Source: Cetorhinus maximus | Taxonomy: Eukaryota | Length of the DNA: 64,000 bases | Assembly: GCF_964194155.1 (NCBI RefSeq) | Contig: NC_135903.1 | Location: 11,036,001 to 11,100,000, forward strand | Direction: 5' to 3' | Shown here: positions 23,631-36,588 of the stretch, one piece after another | Position numbering within the stretch: the stretch's first letter is position 1 | How the letters are laid out: each line of letters starts with the position of its first letter | Position numbers and translations under genes: made by a program | Notes under the pieces: model-generated | The model's database searches: none | The model's input: the letters and a program-made list of their open reading frames with translations, nothing else | What the model was told of the DNA's origin: nothing

Positions 23631-26600
23631 ATTCCGCGGCTTGCCTGCATCAATGTCTGGGTTTGAGATTGTATGTAGTAGGTGCAATTGCCACGTTCTC
23701 TCATGTTTTAAGTAACGCGATAAAATGAATGGCGAGATAGACGGACAGACTAAGATGGCGAGGAGGTCTAAACATAAACTTTGGAGAACCAGAAGTTAAA
23801 ATTTTTAAAAACTGGAAATAAAAGTCATATGGACGGCTGAGACAGTAAAAGAGCTAGCGGCCAAAATGTAGATTAAGGCGAGAGAAACGTGCCCGAGAGA
23901 GAGAGAGTGCGAGCAAAAAAGCTTCGCGCAACTCGCCAGAAAATAAGTAACATCGATCATCAGTTCATTTTTTGTTCGCAATTGTGCTCCACTTTCCGCC
24001 CCACCCCCTCCAAAGCTCTGCCAAGGGAGGTTTATTTACAAGATGTAATTTTTTTTTTGCTGAAACTCATACATCAAGCTGCTTTATGAATGAGGGGGGT
24101 CATCTTGAGAAATCAATCGCAGTGACATAAAAAAATAAATCATATTACGCATTTGCCTAGTCACGGGTGTTTCCCAAGAAAGGCAGAAATTTGGTAGGGC
24201 CTTCGGAAATGATCCACAGAAAATGCTGCAAGTATCAGGATCACCAGGTCCGCCTCACCAGCCTCAAAATGGCGCCGTGTGGCGCAAGACACAAAACACT
24301 GTCACTGTTTGCTAATTATTATTCTTAAGTATTTTTATCTGTACTCTTTTGTTCTCTGTTCATTTGTATTTTAAAATCTCAAGTTTTGTTTCGTAATGAT
24401 TTTAAGATGCCTTGAAACACTTACAAAATCGAATCATTTCTTAACTTATCGCCCCGTCCCCCCTTTGTCTCTGGTTTCTTTCATTCATCTTTTCATTTAT
24501 TGCTCCTTGCTTCATCTTTTAAGTACTGTCACTATTGGAATAACTAGGCCTCCTGCTTAAAACTACTTGTAGCACAGACTGCACATAAGTCTTGTTAATC
24601 GATGAGTTTTCAATATAATATTCAATGCAAAAAAAGCAAATCACACAAGAAAATGTTCAGTTTGGCTAGTGCTGTATCTTTAACATTCTTCGCATTGTTA
24701 ATGATCTAAATCGAAGAATCGTGAGGAACGGTAAACACAGACAGAAAGCTGCATGGACAGAGAAAACGAAAAACACAAAGTATGAATAAATGGTTTAAAA
24801 AGTACACCAAAAAGGGCACTAAAAGTGAGAAAGAAAGTTTGAGACCAGAACGTGCGGGGCAACTACAGAGACAGGAAATATGCAGAGATGGAAATAAGCA
24901 GAAAAAGGCTGAGACGGACACAATGGTGAGGGCAGATAGAAGCATGTTAACAGTGAGAACGAGAGATAGTTCCGTTTCCTATTAAGTGTTCCTAAGAACA
25001 GATTGCAAAATTGGCGTCCTTGAATAAAGGAATTCTGTTCATGTGTTTAATGCAGTCTGAGGGCGGAGACTGCATTCTAAGAAATTCTAAGATTTAACCT
25101 TGTCATAGAGTTATGTGCTCTGCTTTATTCCAATATAAATGCATGGCAGTTTAATTGAGTAGAAACTCCTTCAACTTACGTGTGCAAACCTTGACGTGTA
25201 TCAATACAAATCTCTAACGAGCGCCTCTTTACATAGCATAATGACCAGTAAAACTTGCTTCACGTCCAGGGAACATGCCAGTGACAATTACAGATCAATT
25301 CTACGCCCACAGAACAGCCTTAATAAATGGGAACTAACCATTCAATCCGACCTTCCTTAAAGACATAGTGTATCCCTTTTTTCTCCTCCTACTTGTCAAT
25401 TTCTGATCAATTTCATAAATTTAAAATCAATCGTTCAGACATATTTCTTCATGTACTCTGATTGGCTTAAAAACTGGGAAGTCAATAAACAGATGGCTGA
25501 AATATAACTTAAATATTATTTAAGAAACAAATACTGTAATAAATTTAACAATTAAACACTAAATGTCAATAATAAAACGATTACATAAGTCAGAATGACA
25601 AATGTCAGGTACTGGATTTGTATATTACTAGCCGCTAAATTAGACCTTTAAAAGCCTTGGGATATAGTGAATAGCGCTTTAAAGAGGCTGCCTGTTGTTT
25701 ACACAGAAATCTACAAATCATGCCCGAGAGTGAAAGACTACTATAAACTATCTATATTGAACCGTCCATTGATGGTGGATCAAACATTATAGCCTGCAAC
25801 ACACCACATGGTTTCTCGTTTTTGAAATGTTCTTTTTTTGGAAATCACTTCATCTCCCATTGTATATAGTGGGAAGTACTAACTATGGTAAGTATACCTT
25901 TGTACATAAGCTATCCCATCAGACCTTAGAACATGGATAACCACTGCTAGCCCACTGTCGCTATGGCAACTGAAGTGCGAGATGCCTTTGCCTGAAAATA
26001 ATGCTTTACAACAGATTTTCGACAAGACACCAACTTTACAAATGCAGCATTTCGCCTTTCTCACTATTATTCGAACAATCTCATCGGCTCTTTAACCCAT
26101 TCATTACCAGGGCCTCAAAACTGTAGAGCTCTTTCTCGATCTTCCCTTCCTCTTATAATCTACTGGCCTTTAGCAACCAAATTGTAACTTCTTCTTCATT
26201 TATCTCACCTTCATTCATCACCTATCATTGTTTTCAAGTTTGTCGTACATATAGGCTTTGATCCTTTGTCTAGATTTTCCCCTTAAATTATTCTGATCCC
26301 TTGCATTTCTGTGTTCGAAATATTTTAACAGGATGACCCAAAGGGACTTCACATCTGGTTTAGATTGGAGCCTTGGGATAACAGGGTACTGAAGAAGATT
26401 TTCTAAGGGGGGCATAGAACAATACTGAACTCTACCCTGTGATTAGAGCCATGGCAGTCTTACCCCCTATTCAGTAGGGCAGGTGGGCCTCATGTGGTAT
26501 CTCAGGCATCAATGCCTCCTGAAGACGGCGTCAAGGTATCAATGCTAATCCGATGCACTGGCAAAGAGATGGAATTACAAAAGATATCGTGAAGCCTTTG

Positions 26601-29600
26601 GCGCAAAAAATATACATTTTCTTTATTTCTCAAAGAAGGCATTTCTTAATTCTTTAAAAAAAAGATATTAGCCTTTCTCGGTAAACTGAATCCAACACTA
26701 CAGCTTTGATAGACATTGAGATGAAATGAATCACAGAGATATTGCTAAAGGAGGTTGAAATAAGAAAGAGATCGACATCAAGAATTGTTGAGGAATCACT
26801 TGCAACTGCAATTTAAAAATTTTGACAGAGAGGTTTAAAGTCTTGCTAAGAATGGTGTACGTCTGTAATTCGCTGCGAGCAAATCAAACTCGCAACATCT
26901 TGTTAAAAAAGCGGTCCTCCAATCCTGAATCAGGCCAATTTTGTCCCTCTGCTAAATTGAAAATAGTTATTGCCAATGAGAGAACTTCCGCATTTAGAGA
27001 GCGGAAACGAATTCTGAATATGTAGTTGCGGTTATGACCAGTTGGATAAGATTCGCCTAGCTTCAATGCACCTTAGCTTTTACATTTTTTGCTTTTATCA
27101 AAGATTAGAATCCGAACCAGTGAAAATTGAACGCATTTTAGTTCACTTCAGCTAAATGCTTGTAACTAATATTGCACAATATGGTATCGAATGCATTAAC
27201 CCGCATCCCAACTATCCTAATCAATAAAACAATCCAGTATGGCTTAAAAGTACTATTCATTTCTGTCAACCACCTTCTTTCCATTTACAGTCAGCTTAAA
27301 TGGAAATTGCTAGTTTATTAAGTAATCTGTGTCAGTACAGTTATTTTCAAGTGATTAATTAAATGTCTTTCATGATAGGTGTAAGGCTACACGGTGGGTG
27401 CATAGTCGGACACAGATCTATTTCCTTGAAGTGCAACCAATAAAGGGAAGACGAGCAAAGCATTCTGCTTCATGGTGGTTGTACAATTTTACTAACTCAA
27501 AAGTTTAACTCGCCAGAGGTCCTCTATTCGGTCAATACTGGCTACATCTGGCACCCTGCAGAAGCAGCCGGTAGATGAACGGCATATATGGCGCTCAGTC
27601 ACAATCCTGTGTCAGCACGTGTTAAATCATGAGTTCAGTGAAACCCCAGCAAATGGCAATGCTTGGGGCATTGCTGCCATAAAACTTTGCTGAGCTACTT
27701 ATACTTATATGTTAGATCGCAATCCAGAGATGCGTTTTGTAGATCATCATTAAGTATTGAGGGTCTCTTTCGGAATTCTGACAGTTAAAGTAACATCTGC
27801 GGGTGTCGTCCAGTTTAAAATAACTCAATGATGGTTATGTTCTTTAAACAACTTCCCTGTCTCATATCGTGCACCATCGTGCTTTCATTCTCTCTTTTTT
27901 TTTTATCGTTCTCTCTGTTTCACTTATTTCTGTACACCTTCATCTTTCTTTCTCTCAGCACTTAGTCGTCTGTCCTTTCCTTCTCACTTCCTGTCCCTTT
28001 TTCTTCCTATTTTTTTTCCTTCGCATTCCTCCCTTTGTATCTGAACTTCTTCATCTATATTCTTATTTCGCTCTCACTTTTTTCTTTCTCTCTCCACCAC
28101 CACCACCCCCCACCCACCCCACCATCCCTAAAGGGAAGAATGCAATAATAAGCAACAGCAAAATGGAGCTGACATCAAACATTTAAATTGCTCGCTGCCA
28201 GAGCTGCCTTTGACATATGGATCCACCGACTGAATGAGTGAAGGCAAAAATAATGTTTCTTGAATTTGGTGACAGTGATAAGGTATCATTATGTAGAAAA
28301 TATAAGCTCTCCATGAACCGAACAGATGGCGGACGACGAACAGCTCGAATGTCTAGGTGCAACAGTGACACATCACATACTGTACAATTAATCTTTTTCT
28401 GTTAACTGAGTAAATTAGTATAATTGTAGGCCCCGGGCTTCTAGCTAATCACCACTAAACTGTGTGTATATATGTGATAACCCAGAATGTAAAGGGAAAA
28501 CCATCTTATTATGTCAAACATATTAAACGTGCTTAAATGTTGAGATAATAGTACATTTCCTGACAGCTAGCGAAACTCGACTGTGAAGGACATTGTTTGA
28601 GATGCCTTCAATTCCACCAAAATATGAATAATCACCATTCACTTTGTCAGGCTATTCTGCCACTTTTAGTTGACTTGAGTTTGCTGACTTAGGTAAGATG
28701 CATTTCAAACTTTAGATGAGGAAATATTTATGATCCACTGAATAACGCCCCCTCCCCCTCTCCTCCCTCGTGTAGAATCGTCAAAACTTCAGTCTTAGTG
28801 CTGGAAAGTAATGTATGGCACCAACTGAGAAATTAGATGACTGATTTCTCCCGTAATGCTGTCAGCACTGCATCTATTACAGGTATCCAGAAACTTTATG
28901 ATAAGGCTAAAAGTATATAAGACAAATACCTCAAAGTTTTTTTGAAGCAAAACTGTTTTTAAAATTCAGAAGCATATAATTTACTTAACTTACTTTCTTG
29001 AATGTATCATATTATTGATGAATTGGCTGAATGCATTACTTTCGGAAGGCAGTCACTTCCACACCGTTGCAATAAGCCTCTTAAATATACATTATCTTTG
29101 GCTGAACTCTCAAATTATGGGAAGTATTCTATCGGATTGACATCGTATTTTTAATGTTTTGTATTTCATTTAATTCCCTGTACAGTTTCACTGAAGGGAC
29201 AGAAATGACTGCATGGATATGTTTTATTATAATACAATTCTAAATTTAACCCATGGTTTTATGACTCTATAGCATATCCCAGCGAATTACAAAATTGGGA
29301 CATAAAACGGTAATTAAGCAACATGCAACTCTAACAGGGTAATATTCATCTGTATTACATTTGTTATGAGACCTTTTATCAAATATCCCATGAGAAACAT
29401 TACATATCCAAAAATCATATGGACATCTCATTGCTTTTAATCCACCACAGCATTCGTCAAAAGACCATTGTAATTTATTTCAAACGGGTACTTTATTTTA
29501 TAACCTCTCCTCCGCACATTTTTCTGTACTCGTGCCTTACCGTTTGATTAATGTCCATCTACTCTAGAATTTTAAAATCGAAGTCAAACGAGATGCGATG

Positions 29601-29891
29601 CATCTTCTATCCTGTTTATTTTTAAAATAAAAACTGCTCAAATCGACTCTAAAGCAAGTGTTTTTCCCTTGCTATCTGTATTATTCAAATAAAACATTGA
29701 AATATATCTTAAATTACCTACTTGAGCTCTGTTGTGCTTCAGTAAGATAATATGCCCAGTTTGTAGGCAGCTGCAGTTCTCGCTTTGGCCAAATCTTTTT
29801 AACACTTTAAAGACAATCTTGAATAATTCCAACTTTCTCCCCCCCCCCCACCCCCACCCCCCCGCCACCAACCCTTTTTTGAAGACCGATT

Positions 29892-29975
29892 TGACATTTA
29901 AGTGTTGCTATCAGATTGATGCGGATAACTTTGATTGAAAGCTTTTGTGATGTAAATGTCACCGCGGTGATGGAT
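29892..29975 (+). promoter_or_regulatory. HoxB1 autoregulatory r4 enhancer (b1-ARE)
   Basis: TGACA (29892), R1 AGATTGAT (29913-29920), R2 TGATTGAA (29932-29939), Sox-Oct TTTTGTGATGTAAAT (29943-29957), TGTCA and R3 TGATGGAT (29968-29975), in the order known from mouse, ~200 bp upstream of the ATG. Confidence 0.88.
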
Positions 29976-30162
29976 CACCTCATACAGTTCACTAACATCA
30001 GGAGGTCCCTTGCCATTGGTGACTCGGGGTCACGTGGATGTCTTCTTGACTGATATCGTTTGATTGCCAGCGAGCCATGGAGGAAGTTTACTGGGTGACA
30101 TAGTGCTTGGGGTTTCAGGGGCAGGGAGAATCCCGAACAGGTTGACCGTCCATCACTGGCAG

Positions 30163-30754
30163 ATGGACAATACCAGGATGAACTCCTTCTTAGAGTACGC
30201 AATTTGTAATCGTGGGACGAGCGCCTACTCATCCAAGGGTTACCACCATTCAGAACAAGGGATAACAGCTTTCGCTCCTTGTGCAGGTAACGTTGACAAT
30301 TGCAATGGTGATGGACGATTCTTAGTAGGAGGAAACGCGCACAATGCACTCCAGCATCAGCACCAGCCAGCCAGTTATTCGCATCATTCCAGTCTGGGGA
30401 ACCCATTCGTCAGTCCAGGTCCCAACAACTACACGACCCAAACTTGCAACCCGGGTTACAATCACCATTACTTTTTCAACCAAGAATCGGACGGGGCATA
30501 CTTTCAAACCTCGGGGTACACTGGCAATATAGCATCCACTGTCAATTCGCTTTCAGACGGTTATTGTGGTGTCTCAGGGTCGGGTCAGTATCAGCATTCC
30601 TACGGCCAAGAGCAACAGGGTTTGGCGTATGGGATTTATGATAATCTGTCTCCATCTCAAGAGGGGGAAAAGGAACCTTCCTGCACCTCTGATTCATCCT
30701 CTTCGGGCCAGACGTTTGACTGGATGAAAGTGAAAAGAAACCCTCCTAAAACAG
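30163..30754 (+). CDS. hoxb1: Homeobox protein HoxB1, exon 1
   Basis: MDNTRMNSFLEYAICNRGTSAYS (B1-type N-terminus); TFDWMKVKRNPPKT hexapeptide; donor ACAG|gttagt; 592 nt, phase 1. Confidence 0.95.
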
Positions 30755-31517
30755 GTTAGTATGAGAAACGCTTCCATACCGAGTCAAGGAATTGGCGAAA
30801 ATTCAGTTCAAACACTTTCCAACTTTTACAATTTAATTCTTCCAAATTGTAAAATAGCTCTGACGTTAACAAGTATTTGCTTCCAAAAACGTCTAAAGTA
30901 ATTGAAAAATACTTTGCCCTCTATTTGAACTTTGCAAATTAAGACCTACAGTATTCGAATGGGTTTTGCAGGCACCCATTTGCTGACGCCCCTCCCCCTT
31001 CCCTAGATCAATCGGAGTAAATAAAAGATAAATGTTCCGTTGATTCTGAATTTATGAAACTGACCTGAAATTGACAGACAGGTCGTTGTGGAAAGCGGGA
31101 CTGCAGCTTTAAATGTAATGTGCACGGCTCTGTCCGTGTGACACCATTCGCTGAAGCTTCATGCCTGCGTACAAGTTGCTAATTTATTATTTAAGATGTA
31201 TCTTTCCGCGATTTGGTTTAGTGTGCTTCACAAAACATGTTGACCCAGCATGTATTAGAAAAATTCAACGGGAGAGTGCAAGTATTTCGCATTGACTGTG
31301 CAATGGCTTAATTAAGGGTTAATGTTCTGTTTTAGAGTCTTGTCGTTCAACGAGATGGGCTAAATTCAGCCTAAAAGCCTGGTGTCGTACTTTATCTCTT
31401 GCTTCTATCAAGTTCCGGAACACTAAGTGCTGAAGTTGTTGGTTAATGCTGGTCCTTGGGGGAGGGGTAGTTGCTTATGTAGGGTCGATCTAATTGTTTT
31501 CCTTTTCGTTCTTGCAG

Positions 31518-31861
31518 CCAGAATTGCTGATTACGGGTTAGGTGGCCAGACGAATACAATGCGCACCAATTTCACCACCAAGCAATTAACAGAGCTGGAG
31601 AAAGAATTCCATTTTAACAAGTACCTAACCCGCGCCAGGAGAGTGGAGATAGCGGCCACGCTCGAGCTGAATGAAACACAAGTAAAAATCTGGTTCCAGA
31701 ACCGTAGGATGAAACAGAAGAAGCGAGAAAAAGAGGGATTTGCTCCCCACTTCTCCGTTAACGCTGCAAAGGAAACCGGGGACGGATCAGACAAGTCATC
31801 AACTACCTCTCCATCCACATCGCCCAGATCGTCTACATCAGAGAATGTCCAAACCTCTTAA
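31518..31861 (+). CDS. hoxb1: Homeobox protein HoxB1, exon 2 (homeodomain)
   Basis: Acceptor ttcttgcag; [60 protein letters not shown]; spliced protein 311 aa. Confidence 0.96.
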
Positions 31862-32326
31862 CTCAGGCTATCAGAAGAAATAACAATACGATTTTTATAT
31901 AAAAAGAGGAGAATTTGACTTCAATTTCTCTCATTACAATTCACCGATGTTAATTGCCCTCATTTATTGTGCTATACTTATATTAAACTCAGGGAAATTA
32001 CCAAAAAAAGCATTGCACTTTTTCCATGTTTACAATGGCAGAATCCCATCCCATATTTTGATACTGATGATTGTAATACTGTACACCATATTGCCACTTG
32101 ACTGCCCGCCTTAAGTTATTGGTAACTTTGTAGGGAGTCTGGCTTCATACAACCTTGATGTCTATGCATAGGTGTAGATCTCAGTCTATTTTGTATTTAA
32201 GAAACGTGATTTCAAATGGAATTGTTTGTATATATAGGAAATTGAGAAAATCACACCGTTATTCTGCAGTGTGAATTGTGTTTTATGAAATCTGTGGTAC
32301 TTTTTGATTGCACTACTAATACTGTA

Positions 32327-32344
32327 ACAGGGTTATCGATTAAA
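32327..32344 (+). promoter_or_regulatory. miR-10 7mer-m8 site ACAGGGT (32327-32333) next to candidate poly(A) signal ATTAAA (32339-32344) in the HoxB1 3' UTR
   Basis: Direct motif match; an alternative AATAAA lies at 32939-32944. Confidence 0.5.
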
Positions 32345-33492
32345 ACGATGCATGCTAGATTTAGAAAAGAGATGAAGATTTGAAGAAATTGAGTGAAGAA
32401 TGTAGCAGGCGCGTGTTAAATGTTAACAGACAAATACTAATCTCGTTTCTTTACTTTTCTGGCATTTATATTGTTTCTATTGCGTGATCGAAGTTTCTTG
32501 GTTCTTAAATCGGAAACTGTTACAACAGAGCCAAATATTTCCAAAAAATGGTAATTCAGAAAATGTTTGACTTTTCAATTGCTTTTAAATCTTGAAGCAG
32601 GTTTCTGCTGCTATCAATGTGAGGAATTTTGGAGTGGATCAGCTCTGGTGCCAAATGTGTTGTAATGTGATAAAATGCATCCACAAAGATTCCCTCTAGC
32701 CATTACTAGTCGAGTTTACGATTTCGCTAGTAAAGCCGACCGCAGGACGTTTTCAGAAAAGAGTATCGCTCATGTCACTGGACATGGCGACCGGAGTAAT
32801 TCTTCTCTCAGGTGACTATTCTGTCATTCAGCTGTTTTACTGAGTTTTATCAGTTTAGGTTTTTCAATCCGAATAACAGACCTTCTAACGTGCTCACCTC
32901 GTTCAAATTACAACCCTCGTGTCCTGCTACCTCATTCCAATAAAAATCGATTTGTTTATTGTAATACGATTTGTTTCTTGACTGTTTTCATTTCTCTTGG
33001 CTTTCTTTCTTAGATAATACAAGTTATGTAAGATGCACCTTTCTAAGGAGGGTCTATGATCGAGCTATAATATCTATGACAATATAATGATCCGGAGCTA
33101 TGTTTTGTTTCTTGTAGTTACTGCACTTTGACCACAATGAAATGTTCCAATCTATAGTCAGTTATCTGTGTGCTGGCAGTCCATAAATAAACCAACACGC
33201 ACAACCAGATCATCGAATGGTTGCTTTTTAGGACATATTTTGTTGACAAAATACAAGAACTTTAAGAAACGCAATTCAAACAGCTCAAAAAACCATCCAG
33301 TGACTGCAAATATGCATAATTTGAGAAAATATTTAATCCAGTGTACACTGCTGGAATCTCAAAGGAAGCAGTCAGTCCTTGTAGGCTGAATATCGTTCTT
33401 GAACGACATTAAACAAACACTCATCGACCGCGTCTTTAAAATAAATGTATAGGCAAAGCGAGGAATGCAAGAGCAAACTCCGGATGTACGAG

Positions 33493-33506
33493 TGACCTTT
33501 TTACCT
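33493..33506 (-). promoter_or_regulatory. HoxB1 3' DR2 RARE (AGGTAA-AA-AGGTCA on - strand), early neuroectoderm enhancer
   Basis: TGACCT-TT-TTACCT, the same as the recalled mouse Hoxb1 3' DR2, 1.6 kb after the stop. Confidence 0.88.
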
Positions 33507-36500
33507 CCAAACGCCTCTGGGATTAACAAACAAGTCAACAAAAGCCGCCTGAAGATGACACCATTGTCCATCTCAGGCGGAGAACTCTAACTTTTTATAT
33601 GTACATCTACATTATACATAAGAGAGAGAGAGAGAATGGAGAGAGAGATTGGCAGAATTCAGGGTAAACTGTAGGGTACAATTAATACAATACAGCAGGA
33701 CTGATGCTTTAAAAGTAATCGCCCAGAAAAGGTTAACATTTTCTGTACCTTTTAGTGGTTTTCCATGCTGTTTAGTTCTCATAGCAAAAATCGAGATGTA
33801 GAATATGTATTCATCCAAAGTAAACCATTTCTCTACAATAGCCACTGCCCTACTGGAAGAGACAAGGTTCCTTTATCGAAGTTAACACACTGCAATAATG
33901 TATTACTCTTTAATTTCTAATTAAACCCACTCAAGATATACACTGTGACCTATATAAGCTAACACAAGTGATTCAGTTGTAAGTATCGAGTTCCATTCAG
34001 TCTCCTATTCAGAGCTTACACACAAGCACACATTATAGCTTTTGCAAATGCAAACAATCATATATAGTCCCAAACACACTGTAACACAGTTATTTACACG
34101 TGCACACAGATATATAGAAATATAAATTACATGTTTAATAATCACACACACAAAAACAAACCCGCACACATAACACACACATCCAGACCTATCACAAACG
34201 TCATGACAAACTTAGGCTCGAAACGCTTGATTCCATAATTCAGCAAAACAAACGATTTAACGATCTCTTGGAAAAATTTTCACCGGTGCTGCCGTCACCT
34301 TTAGAAGAGTTTATTCAAGCAGAAAACTGCACAAGAAAAGTTAGACTAGAGGCAGCTTGAACCGGCTTAGAGTCCTGATTGTAGAGCAAACCAATAGATT
34401 CGGGGAGTGGAATAAATATGATATTTAAAAACGCAGAGGAGGGAATTAGTGTTGCTGAGCCCGGGGGTGACAATTCTTGGGAATAAAGAGAAGTTGTGTT
34501 GTTTTTAGGGAAGAAATGCTTAGTGCAAACTTGATTTTCTCTTTCAGCTATTTTCACTTCAAAGCATGTTGATTTTCTACGTGTGCTTAAGAATGCTATA
34601 AACTTCACCCGAACCAGCGCACTGTGCAAAACCTCATCGATGAACAATGCGTTTCAGCTGAATATATGTTGCCGGAGAACAATGATGTAACCAGGAATCC
34701 TTCTGAGCTGGTTTGTATTGCGGAGACAAAAGACAAGAACAGCTTTCCACTGAAATCGAGAAGTTGTTAAAGGGAACCGCTGCAAACTACCCGGTTCCTC
34801 CGGAGTGCGGTTTTTTTTTGTACATTGTTACTACAAACATCTTAGGAATTCACCAACTGTAACACGTAATAAACACTGTCTAACCGTTTTTATGTACAGT
34901 GCCTCTTAGGTCAACATTTTATTTTCATTGGCAAGCGCACATAGCTCTAACCCTTCCTCGAAATGCAAACTCCAGTGCGAAACACATACTTATCGTGTCG
35001 CACTTTTTTCAAACCTGCCTTTGAAACCATTAAATGAAAAGAGGTATTCGGAGTGAGTGACTTCAGCAAAAGCTGCAACAGCCCTCGCGTTGCCCCTCCC
35101 CTCCCAGTTAGTATATGAATAAATAAATGACTCCGGCATTCACCCCAAAACATCCCTGTGAAAGCTGAAAATAAATAAAAGCTAAGGTTCGGAAGTCTCT
35201 TGTTCTTAATGGATGTAGAGAGTTTTGTTTAAAAAAAAGTAAATTTCAAAGGAACTTTGGCCTCGACGCAAAGGCACGGCCATCTGCTCCTGGCGACTTT
35301 GTGTTAATTGCACTTGTGTTTTTGGGGGCTTTTACCCTCCCTATGTGATCCCTTTTGATGTAAAGGAAACCGCACTCATAAAATTTATGACGGCTCCCTT
35401 TGAACTATTAACACGGCTTTGTCATTCATGTTTTTTCTCGCCACAGGTCCGGTGTGGAATTGGCTGAAACTTCACGCGTTTTAAAATTAAGTACTTCTTG
35501 TATTTAACGAAAAGCAAATAGGGAGCTTGTAACCAACTTTACAGAGACAATCGGCAAAAGTTTAAATAACTTCCAGCGTTTCAGTTCCTCTGCACTGATA
35601 TTAAGCCTATCTCCGTTATCCATATTTCATCTTTTTGGACAATATCTCCCTACCTATTCAATCTATTACCATAAAATGTTTCACTGAAAATGTTACATCA
35701 AATATTGGTCGTAAGGTCTGGTCACTACAACCTGCGCAGTTCCAGAGAGGGGTATCACAGAGAGAAATTATAGAGGCCGAGGGTGAATCAGGTAGTGCAA
35801 AGAGACTGTCTTTCCCATCGACGCATGGAACATGATTTCTGAAATATCCTCATATCTGTTTCACTTCACATAATTCAAGTAGATATGATTAAGGTGCAGG
35901 TAAAAAAAAAGTAGATTAAGGTTAAAAATCAAACTTTCATTCAGTTCCATTGAAGAGGAGAAATCTAGTTATGGAAAATCTTAAAACTGCACACAAAAAG
36001 ATTATTTTGGTAGGGTAACCATACATTCATCAGGAATCTATGTGGCAATGTTACCTCTTGTTTTAGATCATTAGAATGCTTGGCCGTTTCCACGTCAGGT
36101 TATTTATTTAGAAGGTCAGGTCAGAAAGTAAGTTATCTAACATCTACACCCCTGAAAAACTACAGATATTAAACTTTTGAATGTGCATATATGAAAGTTA
36201 TTAAAGTTGTGAAGAATATAGTTCTATCCATCAGCTGCTTCCTGTGTTTTTCGGTTAAATACTAAGTTTAAAAGTGCTATTGAGAATGGGGAGGGACATT
36301 TAACAGCGCTTGTCTCTTCCATTTAATTACTGATCACCTCTGTGTATCTTTACTTAGCGGGCAGGTGAAGGGGGGTTTGAGCTGAATGGAAAACAATGAG
36401 GAACTGGCCATATAGTTTTCAGCTCCTTTTGGGTATGCCCTCTTTAAGTTTACTTTTTCCTGACAGGACCATTTCATTTCGGCCATCAGCTGGACTCGTT

Positions 36501-36571
36501 CAATATTTACTCAGGCTGAAAGGTTTGCCCAGGGCCAGCCACAAGAAGCCAGCTCTCCTTCACTAGTCTTT

Positions 36572-36588
36572 GGTTCACGGAGAGTTCA
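36572..36588 (+). promoter_or_regulatory. HoxB1 3' DR5 RARE GGTTCA-CGGAG-AGTTCA
   Basis: Perfect DR5 distal to the DR2, as with the mouse Hoxb1 gut/neural DR5. Confidence 0.85.

Noticed and set aside
28318-35295. CTCF-like motifs (ccgaacagatggcgg ~28319; gccactgccctactgg ~33841; ggccatctgctcc ~35278)
   Set aside because: Each departs from the core consensus at key positions; cannot be supported without a PWM scan or ChIP
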